Shown: positions 18,801-23,162 of the stretch, piece after piece
Position numbering within the stretch: position 1 is the first letter of the stretch
Layout of the letters: each line of letters begins with the position of its first letter
Origin: a virus
DNA length: 38,397 nt
Virus record (IMG/VR): IMGVR_UViG_3300019477_000079
Location: 1 to 38,397 of that record
Reading direction: 5' to 3' (one strand)
The notes under the pieces: model-generated
What the model was told of the DNA's origin: nothing
The model's input: only the letters and a program-made list of their open reading frames with translations
Databases searched by the model: none
Program-made: the position numbers and the translations under genes

Positions 18801-19015
18801 AAGAGGTGCTATATAGTGCAAAACAAAGCATGAGATATAGCTACTATCCATATATCAACAAAGCACTTGCTCGCGGAGATGTTGAAACAGCAAGAGTATA
18901 TGCGCAGAAAATAGAAGCTCTCTATCCAGGAGACCGCAAGTATACCGCAGATGCTGTCATTAAGAGGAGCTATAAATACGCTACAAGAAACAAAAGAAAG
19001 AAGAAAAGAAGGTAG
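9812..19015 (+). CDS. giant 3067-aa virion-associated protein (candidate ejection/polyvalent or tape-measure-like protein)
   Basis: Uninterrupted 9204-nt ORF with RBS AGGAGGAAGG. It lies between the tail genes and the lysis cassette and is bounded by terminators. It contains 18-aa tandem repeats, an RG-rich patch, glycine-rich hydrophobic segments, HEVTH, and long coiled coils. Confidence 0.6.
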   Translation: MANKDPFKSAYSEQIAALVQKAQDNTANFKYDPMTDVSYQALAKEYARLGDRANENTLANQAALTGGRASTYAVSAAAQAQNQYNQALTDKIPELERLAYDRFNADRNYGLNLLGTMKSLDDSAYSRFTDQRNFNYQQGRDNVADQHWDKTFDYQKLRDSVADSHWDKNFDYQKQRDNVSDSHWERNFNYQQGRDSVSDSHWEREYQLKKDSASRAGRRSGGGRHSRKGRRGRGGSYQEQSTQVVSYVPSVAAQIAQNAAKGILTGKAKKGKSVKSQTYKKAARMGYAPIAFRRNTPAEARAAARKAVKRIIYGDNKHYVSKDPVRRANDIFNNTQMAGINNNSDRRALYALKGLVESKKSDLLNAAWTVTSTPTLDPKSMHQDLQRYSELGYIKNGMLDADKLSKDARDAFSGFYKYVEKTRQKAEALNYMAKEAGIYKTELQYDTKAGKFKRKLYLKDKNGNEPREGVIEKPSAGQKFAIDIAQGTLGFLADLAVGKFTGVGILPVMGVNAFGQGAGDARAAGAGIYSQWGAGLTNAGINVGTEKMWSTSNIMRNSTGRGLLDNGAEKFANKMAARFAKGTAADEIRYKAIKLGLAASTEGVEEFMNAILQPISDRFYDPDAFKKIAENPTGYLADAVYQGIVGTAIGGIVGGPSGVNMNIELSAEDKEKILQAGLAMSEKSSANNFARSIDKNRLKGGKVLNNAILDLKHKIESGRELTEHDQMLLSAAKKSRIRGAENVSGSFIIRSEEGLNTEYDREKASVLLTQKVANREKEVRKYLQDADTPKKTIDELSFPVARILEGTGSSADVENVLFTVDNNPALELIQNETTQDLNVGMLPRMNNGMIMGGARETQSFKKELNSFMEARYESNVEEILPKAKDAAKKEMLASIGMKTNPEIEKLFDEGAKNVKEGEEFINYAHAFNYFYDSGRRGLDYKNLDKAIFQSELVPADIRKKIYEIGKAEREDNNIITNKSKLPIGFKAGRVTLGENVSMSNSMTNAYRTLAKSFGVEISLEENIKDSEGNEVNGYYKNGTIHISMKSDSPVVNVLKHEVTHHIQVNSPRQYAAFKKYVLDEFYNSNLAEYENKLNKYMNDYKDISRAEAEDELLADATDVFWKGDADAEAAVKTLVEKNRSLGETILKAIKSTVDKLNTLSKNVINALKGEYRGKWLEELGILEKAQEMWTNALMNPEIDKFEEAVNNNDEIKFMYKGKDSEGRDVFSISSKTKKLTKKEKRTELTERFKNGEVLTVEFDNGKGRKYTAKPHEDFAGKNFYGDKQTKSINAFNKKVNLFYEGDLSKLLQNSEYIRPGDEKKEHKNVIKWEYYKKEIVIGETPYKLLINVQNRTDGDFIYNIKFEKIKKDQHWQAINEDSKNNAHVGIDSVNLSQNNEEVKEKYQRKNSIFDIPNNQQADSNTIRQLNKKIDALILNQTKTKGTIPKRSSVVSYLKELITEVGSDVKAEDLRIDYHNLYKAAKSGDDATKERLLNEITREIVKNTYETNRVSPEIRDIQRYLKNMTISIDEDLETEIKNRYGTFGKFKDYIDGAFKIKLNKNIDRMEYAVPVDDMLSEMSELFGDTIKVDGRSLDDVTDFVTALATIAEYASVKDNKVYLFDGGANLTQYTEKEIAEYEDELIKDVKANLEASLGEIKPIVTYADKQEARISKLKASMKRSAMDKPEQAKSKKLINKLINDTGSKLPAEDATRIYEEVWSAVHQATPNASAAYSAAARLSNALLNSNENNIKENLQTKKQVIDLLSVGKIYISPELAKKLNYQELKARYGHALRFTTDINSEHTMPAELVYDFFQNKLGEKYPELFASDASDAEEAVKNLCNAVDMVETSAETDGLINGEYKNVASDITELILDSAISMKPEMTYADKQQEKLKAAVKEARNKIKERETIKRQKAEKKHEEEIAEKDKAIEELESAIKEERESVNELKRDLRKERSELNRKSKAINSIKWYSNKLSNKLLKPTNTQFMPEEFRKSIAKVLSEMDFSTDRGDAFYETHGYNKTYENFMELKNEYRKVLEEKNDGDSTFSFVEDEDFMNQIDSVLEALKESRLVDMDADTIESVRDVIRGLDGIINKHNDMLKYDQYKTISDTGNAVISELSKKAEKNRYAGGASAVSKFIFSRNINPADRFAVLGGTLNKLFKEITIGFDDHAMNVKGAQNEFQRIQEAVGEDTFNNIWEDSKVESFKLESGKTLNLTHGQMVTLFLLSERNQALEHILTGGIQTAEVKPKKLGKNTVLRKSSVQREKITRSDIINIVKSLSPEEIKCAKMIQHYLNTTVSDWGNEVSMKVWGYNKFTEEKYFPIKIARETVDANVEEAAVTKIINPGFAKKTKPSAKNAVVLDNVLSVASNHISAMSAYQALSMPLQDLENVWNYRGYGEDGVIKGSVREAIERAYGREANEYIEKFLKDVNGNIAKSEMPITTKIIGTAKRAAIAANGRVAMQQPMSIVRASAVINPKYLARSKYSRDAVKEMQQHSGVAVWKDLGYYSTDVGPSLTNAMINKENKLEKVTLDMYGFLDNMTWGKIWGACKLKVEDTMNIHEGDEGYWQAVNEQFREVVYRTQVFDSVLSRSELMRQKDVGSSVLTAFLSEPTKTLSLFITNQQIAKQTYDEGNVAEARKLVAKQFGWFISSAAAMAVMKSFYDAAIRHIADDDKKDKNFVERFLDALLGENKLHTDGNLFGELNPIAMLPVGKDIQSALQGYTPSRLDMSLFVKISDAYKACVDPKNSLVTKLEKVANAAGVFFGLPVDVVYRDLKGSFAYIASIHDFFTGANTKQDLLMDFAKIEKTYKGNKGYFKSVATDSEKYDSETREKAAKYILENDKEYTREKIDKETINRIKRNHNDEMDNFIKKGKNEEAEKLAKSLAARNSMLDAEEYLQQRINKVKTDQLKKIENALMKGNVEEAEKFANKFNKMNINVQGEQYTSDVAMEKSKEWIRKEYLKGVIDGLKAQNNLKVEKQLAKIERIDPTNTDFQREEVLYSAKQSMRYSYYPYINKALARGDVETARVYAQKIEALYPGDRKYTADAVIKRSYKYATRNKRKKKRR
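10199..10430 (+). repeat. in-frame 54-nt tandem repeat (3 full units plus 2 partial) inside the giant ORF
   Basis: Units start at 10244, 10298 and 10352, with a partial unit at 10406 and a leading partial unit at 10199. They encode D(Q/S)HW(D/E)(K/R)xF(D/N)YQxxRD(N/S)V(A/S). Confidence 0.9.
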
Positions 19016-19019
19016 ATTT

Positions 19020-19052
19020 TGAGGCTGTCGAAATGGCAGCCTCATTTCTTTT
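19020..19052 (+). terminator. intrinsic terminator after the giant ORF
   Basis: TGAGGCTGTC (19020-19029) pairs with GGCAGCCTCA (19035-19044), followed by TTTCTTTT. Confidence 0.85.
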
Positions 19053-19095
19053 AAAATTAATACAGCAGAATTTATAGAAAGTGTAGGAGGCACAT

Positions 19096-19479
19096 ATGGA
19101 TAAAAACAAAAGAACTAAGCTAAGAGATGGTATTGCAATGATCATCACAGGTGTAATCGCTGTACTAATGGTATTTGGGGTTAATGTCCCGGTAATTAGC
19201 GACACAGTGATAGGTAAGGTAGCATATGTAATTGCGTTTGCGATATCTTATGCGGTGAACCATTACTTCAATCACAATTACAGTGAAGAGGCAAAGCAAT
19301 CACAAGAGTTGCTGGATTACTTAAAGGAAGCTAAAAAAATAAACGAATACGTACAACACGTTGATAACTTTGCAAATAAACAGCCTACTTTAGAGGCAAA
19401 TACAAATGAAGAGGTTAGCAACGTGGAAAAGACAAACGAAGATAACGAGGATGAAGAGGAAAGCGAGGCAAAAGGTTAA
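19096..19479 (+). CDS. putative holin (two transmembrane segments)
   Basis: 127 aa, RBS TAGGAGG. It has two hydrophobic helices (IAMIITGVIAVLMVFGV and VAYVIAFAISYAV) and a charged C-terminal tail. It lies immediately upstream of, and overlaps, the endolysin gene. Confidence 0.6.
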   Translation: MDKNKRTKLRDGIAMIITGVIAVLMVFGVNVPVISDTVIGKVAYVIAFAISYAVNHYFNHNYSEEAKQSQELLDYLKEAKKINEYVQHVDNFANKQPTLEANTNEEVSNVEKTNEDNEDEEESEAKG

Positions 19480-20477
19480 TGGCAACTAGGCAGCAGTTCG
19501 TACAGACGGCAGTTAGTTACCTCGGAGCGGTTAGAGGTTCGGCTAAACACCGCCGCCTTATAGACATTTTTAACCAGCACAAACCAGATGGCTGGCCAAT
19601 GAACTATGTTGCACCGTGGTGTGCTGCATCTGTATCCGCTTGGGCGTACGAGTTGGGAATTGGAAATCTAATCCCAGTCAGCGCAAATTGCGGAACAATG
19701 ATTTCTAAAGCCAAACAGATGGGCATATGGATTGAAAGCGATTCATACACTCCGAGTCCTGGAGATTTAATCCTATATGATTGGCAGGATTCCGGATATG
19801 GTGACAATGTGGGTGGACCAGACCATGTAGGCGTGGTCGTATCTGTTGGCGGCGGAATGATTACCGTCATTGAGGGGAACAAAGGCGTATCGTCCGTTGT
19901 GGGATATAGAAGTGTGCCTATCAACGGTAGATATATAAGAGGATTTGTGAGACCAAACTTTGACGGCGTGAGCACGGCACCGCCAAGTTCTAGTTCAGGT
20001 AATTACGGATTATACAAGGTCAATTCGTCCACAGGCCTTAACGTTAGAAAAGGACCTGGAACAAACTATACAAGGATAACTACATTATCGAATGGCACGC
20101 CACTTCGAATTGTAGAAATGAGCGGCAACTGGGGTAGATCCGTGGGAGCCGGTGGATGGGTTTGTATGGATTATCTCACGAAATCAGGAGCAACACCAAC
20201 ACCTACATACACGCCTAGTAGCACAAGCACATACGCTGCAGGTAAAACGTACCAATTGATTTCTGATATGCGCGTAAGAACTGGACCAGGAACAGAATAT
20301 AGGCAGCGTGCATATTCTGAACTGACCGCAGATGGCAAGAGGCACGCACTCGCTGGAAGCCTAGCTTGCTTGCGTGCAGGCACTCAGGTAACCTGTTTAG
20401 AAATGCGGGGAGATTGGATGCGCATTCCGTCCGGATGGATTTGCGCTCGACAGGGAAGCAAGGTGTATATCAAATGA
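19479..20477 (+). CDS. endolysin: CHAP/NlpC-P60-type peptidase plus two SH3b-like wall-binding domains
   Basis: 332 aa. It has a Cys nucleophile context (APWCAASVSAWAY) and a His context (GPDHVGVVVS...VIEGN). Two SH3-like repeats follow (GLYKVNSSTGLNVRKGPGTNY...GWVCMDYL and YQLISDMRVRTGPGTEY...GWICARQG). Confidence 0.9.
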   Translation: MATRQQFVQTAVSYLGAVRGSAKHRRLIDIFNQHKPDGWPMNYVAPWCAASVSAWAYELGIGNLIPVSANCGTMISKAKQMGIWIESDSYTPSPGDLILYDWQDSGYGDNVGGPDHVGVVVSVGGGMITVIEGNKGVSSVVGYRSVPINGRYIRGFVRPNFDGVSTAPPSSSSGNYGLYKVNSSTGLNVRKGPGTNYTRITTLSNGTPLRIVEMSGNWGRSVGAGGWVCMDYLTKSGATPTPTYTPSSTSTYAAGKTYQLISDMRVRTGPGTEYRQRAYSELTADGKRHALAGSLACLRAGTQVTCLEMRGDWMRIPSGWICARQGSKVYIK

Positions 20478-20827
20478 TGATAACAGCCTGCAACTCTGCA
20501 ATGAGTACTATTATTAACTTGATTATCGGAGCCATTGTCGGCATGTTGGGAGGGTACATAAGGTATTTGATAAAAAAGCAAAAAGAGGAAAATGTTATTA
20601 ACGAGTGCCTTGTAAAAGGTGTGATGTGGCTTCTCCACGATATACTCGAACCTGTATGTGATGAAGTTATAAATCGTGGCTTTGCGTATTTGGATGAATA
20701 CGAGAATTTAAAATCGCAATTTGAAATATACGAAGGTTTAGGCGGAAAAAACGGAATCAAACAAAGAATGACAATCATAGAAATGCTACCGAAAAAACCA
20801 AGGGGATGTGAATTAGAACGTATTTGA
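20474..20827 (+). CDS. membrane-anchored lysis-cassette protein (second holin-like protein, tentative)
   Basis: ATG 20474 overlaps the endolysin TGA (ATGA). The product is 117 aa with an N-terminal TM helix (TIINLIIGAIVGMLGGYI) and a soluble tail containing ...YENLKSQFEIYEGLGGKNG. The track start at 20366 lies inside the endolysin gene and is rejected. Confidence 0.5.
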   Translation: MMITACNSAMSTIINLIIGAIVGMLGGYIRYLIKKQKEENVINECLVKGVMWLLHDILEPVCDEVINRGFAYLDEYENLKSQFEIYEGLGGKNGIKQRMTIIEMLPKKPRGCELERI

Positions 20828-20835
20828 TAAAATAT

Positions 20836-20864
20836 GTTGCAACAATCAACATAAGTGTTGAAAA
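20836..20864 (+). repeat. TGTTGCAAC / TGTTGAAA short direct repeats left of the tRNA-like core (candidate integrase arm sites)
   Basis: TGTTGCAAC at 20836-20844 and TGTTGAAA at 20857-20864. They are related to the TGTTGCACC pair at 21047-21066. Confidence 0.35.
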
Positions 20865-20883
20865 ATACATGATTCAGAATTAA

Positions 20884-20928
20884 CTCGTAATGAAGTGGTT
20901 GCGAGTTCGATTCTCGCCAGCAGCTCCA
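20884..20928 (+). other. tRNA 3'-portion (anticodon-loop-like CTCGTAA, T arm, acceptor 3' strand, CCA); candidate attP core, not a functional tRNA
   Basis: T stem GCGAG (20901-20905), loop TTCGATT, and CTCGC (20913-20917), then CAGCAGC-T-CCA (20918-20928). No complementary 5' acceptor strand (GCTGCTG) or D arm lies upstream. Confidence 0.6.
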
Positions 20929-20933
20929 AAAGC

Positions 20934-20984
20934 AAAAGCCTTGTAAATGCTGTAATTTCAAGCATGTATAAGGCTTTTTTATTT
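20934..20984 (+). terminator. strong intrinsic terminator (ends the lysis operon and follows the tRNA fragment)
   Basis: AAAAGCCTT (20934-20942) pairs with AAGGCTTTT (20970-20978), with an inner ATGCT/AGCAT pairing. A T-run follows. Confidence 0.85.
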
Positions 20985-21020
20985 AAGTAAAAGGCAATAA
21001 ATAATATGGCTAATGGTCTA

Positions 21021-21066
21021 AATTGGCACGAATTGGCGTATGAAGTGTTGCACCCAATGTTGCACC
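21021..21066 (+). repeat. two pairs of helically phased direct repeats (candidate attP arm-type sites)
   Basis: AATTGGC at 21021 and 21031 (10-bp spacing). TGTTGCACC at 21047-21055 and 21058-21066 (11-bp spacing). Confidence 0.45.
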
Positions 21067-21082
21067 TTACACTCTGCCGTAG

Positions 21083-21111
21083 TTGAAACAAGAAAAAATA
21101 TAATATATAAT
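21083..21111 (+). promoter_or_regulatory. sigma-A-type promoter TTGAAA-17 nt-TATAAT
   Basis: TTGAAA at 21083-21088 and TATAAT at 21106-21111 with exactly 17 nt between them. No ORF follows. Confidence 0.6.
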
Positions 21112-21117
21112 CACCAT

Positions 21118-21474
21118 CGAACGTACATAGATGACCTTTGGGCTCTATGTCTAATTTAGGACTGGGCAGTGTGATGCCCTACCCACATATACCCATGAAT
21201 ATGTGGTTCTGCGCCGCCTAAAAGCTAGCATATACGGCGGTAGCAAGATAATAACGGTGGCCAGGGGCGAGAAATTACCCACAGCACACCTTTATTATAT
21301 AGCGTTTATAGTAGTAGTCGCTGCACTGATCAGCAGGCGGAAGAGGCTATAAACTTAATAGCACCTAGCAATAAGACGCTCGCGGAATGCCAGCGCTGTA
21401 AGTCTAGGAAAGGCCAGAGAGAACCGTACCGATTACGGTTGAGAGATGCTTCCGCTATGGTGGCATCTTTTACT
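21118..21474 (+). ncRNA. candidate ~355-nt structured non-coding RNA of unknown family
   Basis: It runs from the promoter at 21083-21111 to a terminator hairpin (21442-21449 / 21463-21470 plus a T-tract). No ORF longer than 15 codons and no RBS. It is visibly more GC-rich than the flanks. Local helices: 21125-30/21145-50, 21164-68/21175-79, 21183-90/21199-206, 21214-18/21236-40, 21381-85/21390-95, 21422-28/21434-40. Confidence 0.45.
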
Positions 21475-21523
21475 TTATAAAAGCAACTATTGAAATAATC
21501 AATAGCAAGAAATTTAAAATTGA

Positions 21524-21532
21524 TGATATAAT
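21524..21532 (+). promoter_or_regulatory. extended -10 promoter element TGATATAAT for the toxin-antitoxin operon
   Basis: TG-n-TATAAT at 21524-21532, about 30 nt upstream of the ATG at 21564 and upstream of the RBS GGAAGGAGG. Confidence 0.5.
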
Positions 21533-21563
21533 TAACTGATAAAAAAGGAAGGAGGCATGTAAT

Positions 21564-22109
21564 ATGTTAAAAGCTATAGATGTTGCTAATTTCTTTATTT
21601 ATCTATTAAGCGATAAAGAAGATGAAGAAAATGATTTAACAAATATGAAGCTTAATAAGCTTACATATTATGCACAAGGCCAGTTCCTAAAAACAAACGG
21701 AAAACCTTTATTCTCAGAAGGTATAGAGGCATGGATACACGGTCCAGTAGTCCCTTCGGTTTATTGCGAATTTAAAGAAAACAAAAATAATCCTATAAAA
21801 GACTTTAGCGGTGATTTTGATATATCTAAATACACTGACGAAGAAAAAGAAGTAATGCTCGATGTAGCTCTTGATAAAGGCAGGTACAGTGCAACCACGT
21901 TAAGAAACATGACGCACAAACTAGGGGGACCATGGGCACAATGCTATAACGGAAATCTACACGTAGCCATACCGAACGAACTAATAAAGGAGTATTTCTG
22001 CAAGCATGATGTTTTAGAACACTTAGAGTTAGATTTATCGGATTGCGAGGTAATCGGGCATAGAAATGATGATGGATATCTAGTTCTGCCTAAAGAATAT
22101 GACTGTTAA
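21564..22109 (+). CDS. Panacea-domain (DUF4065, SocA/GepA-like) putative antitoxin
   Basis: 181 aa. The hallmark pattern is IDVANFFIYL...LTNMKLNKLTYYAQGQFL...GKPLFSEGIEAWIHGPVVPSVYCEFK. It overlaps the downstream toxin-like gene by 11 nt. Confidence 0.85.
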   Translation: MLKAIDVANFFIYLLSDKEDEENDLTNMKLNKLTYYAQGQFLKTNGKPLFSEGIEAWIHGPVVPSVYCEFKENKNNPIKDFSGDFDISKYTDEEKEVMLDVALDKGRYSATTLRNMTHKLGGPWAQCYNGNLHVAIPNELIKEYFCKHDVLEHLELDLSDCEVIGHRNDDGYLVLPKEYDC

Positions 22110-22413
22110 AAAATGGGAAATTCACTGGGCACACGTTGTGTTTGAAGATTCTGACGAGGTAAAGCGAAGACCGGTACTGATTATAGACGAGTCAAATGCG
22201 GTTATTATTAGTCTTAAAATGACAGGAACTGATAGAGGAGACAATGTGCGCGAATATCGTATTGAAAAGTGGCAGGAAGCCGGGCTTTCCAAGCCAACGT
22301 CTGTTAGGCTAGATAAAATCCTGCACTTACAAAAAACTGACCTTGACGGGAAAATCGGAAGGCTTCAAGAAATAGACATAATTAAAATCAGATTCAGAAT
22401 GAGTAAAAGATAA
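22099..22413 (+). CDS. MazF/PemK-like toxin-fold protein
   Basis: 104 aa. The N-terminal pattern WEIHWAHVVFEDSDEVKRRPVLIID and the C-terminal SVRLDKILHLQKTDLDGKIGRL match the PemK/MazF SH3-like barrel signature by eye. Confidence 0.75.
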   Translation: MTVKKWEIHWAHVVFEDSDEVKRRPVLIIDESNAVIISLKMTGTDRGDNVREYRIEKWQEAGLSKPTSVRLDKILHLQKTDLDGKIGRLQEIDIIKIRFRMSKR

Positions 22414-22414
22414 T

Positions 22415-22440
22415 AAACGCACGGATTTATCCGTGCGTTT
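22415..22440. terminator. bidirectional hairpin terminator at the TA / integrase junction
   Basis: AAACGCACGGA (22415-22425) pairs perfectly with TCCGTGCGTTT (22430-22440) around the loop TTTA. The integrase stop codon (22440-22442) lies in its edge. Confidence 0.8.
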
Positions 22441-23162
22441 TACTTTGCGTTTATCATATCCCAAGATCCAGTAAGTAAATCATCTAGCATATCCGGAAGC
22501 GGTACATATCTATCGGCCGCTGCGCTCTTAGTTCCTCGCACGTGAATATATTTACGCTCATTGCTAACAACTATATCTTCGTACTTTATCTTTGCTGCCT
22601 CGGAAGGGCGGCAGCCACATAGGTAAATAAGCATAAAATATATAGCGTACTGATGCCTTAAAGCACATTTAACAAATACCTCTTGCTCCTCGGCGGTTAG
22701 AGAGCGTCTTTTATTCAAGGTACCAGTAGGTTTAGATATATCCGCAGCCGGATTTGAATTAATTAAACCATTATCCACAGCTTTTCTAAATATGAAATTA
22801 AGTTTCTGATACACTTGCCCTATGGTGTACTTACTCATACCCTCATACTTATTAATAAGAGATTGGCACATTATAGGGCGTACATCCTTAAGCTTATAAT
22901 GACCAATCTCACTAACTATATATTTCTCTGTAAAATCTAAATACCTATCGCGAGCGTCTTCACTAGAACTAGTCTTGTAAGTCTCAACGCATTTCCTAGC
23001 CCAGTCTCCAAGTGTCATATTAGAATTAATAATCACATGGTTAGCTTTTAGATCCTCGAGCCTTTTCTGATATTTCATTCCGAGCTCTAGTTCAGAGTTT
23101 GCCCGGATGTAATATCGTTTGCCATCATATGTAAATGTCTTTGTAAATTTATATCTTTTCAT
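22440..23162 (-). pseudogene. int: tyrosine integrase, 3'-truncated (arm-binding, core-binding and first part of the catalytic domain only)
   Basis: 240 aa from ATG 23162. It has an N-terminal arm-type domain (FTYDGKRYYIRA), a SAM-like core, the catalytic Arg context (LCGCRPSEA) and GTKSAAADRYVPLP. The ORF ends about 25 aa later, without the H-x-x-R box or the catalytic Tyr region. No matching fragment is found downstream. Confidence 0.7.

Noticed and set aside
9812-19015. The giant ORF as an N4-like virion RNA polymerase or a crAss-type two-barrel RNAP
   Set aside because: No DxDGD-type or T7-like polymerase motifs were seen on reading the translation. Glycine-rich hydrophobic segments and coiled coils fit a delivery or polyvalent protein better. 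This cannot be fully excluded without HMM or structure searches.
20884-20928. A complete phage-encoded tRNA gene
   Set aside because: Only the 3' portion is present. There is no 5' acceptor strand (GCTGCTG) or D arm upstream, and the putative anticodon stem pairs poorly. It is interpreted as an attP core instead.
20470-21091. - strand ORFs 20470-20961 and 20846-21091, and the 20366 start of the + strand ORF
   Set aside because: They run antisense through the lysis gene, the tRNA fragment and the terminator. The 20366 start lies inside the endolysin gene, whereas ATG 20474 is ATGA-coupled to the endolysin stop.
21118-21474. The non-coding unit as a T-box leader, riboswitch, RNase P RNA, SRP RNA or tmRNA
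   Set aside because: GGTGGC-type strings and AGGAAAGGCC superficially recall T-box and RNase P elements. However, they are in the wrong positions relative to the terminator and 5' end, and the other conserved cores are absent. The TA operon also has its own promoter. The family remains unknown.
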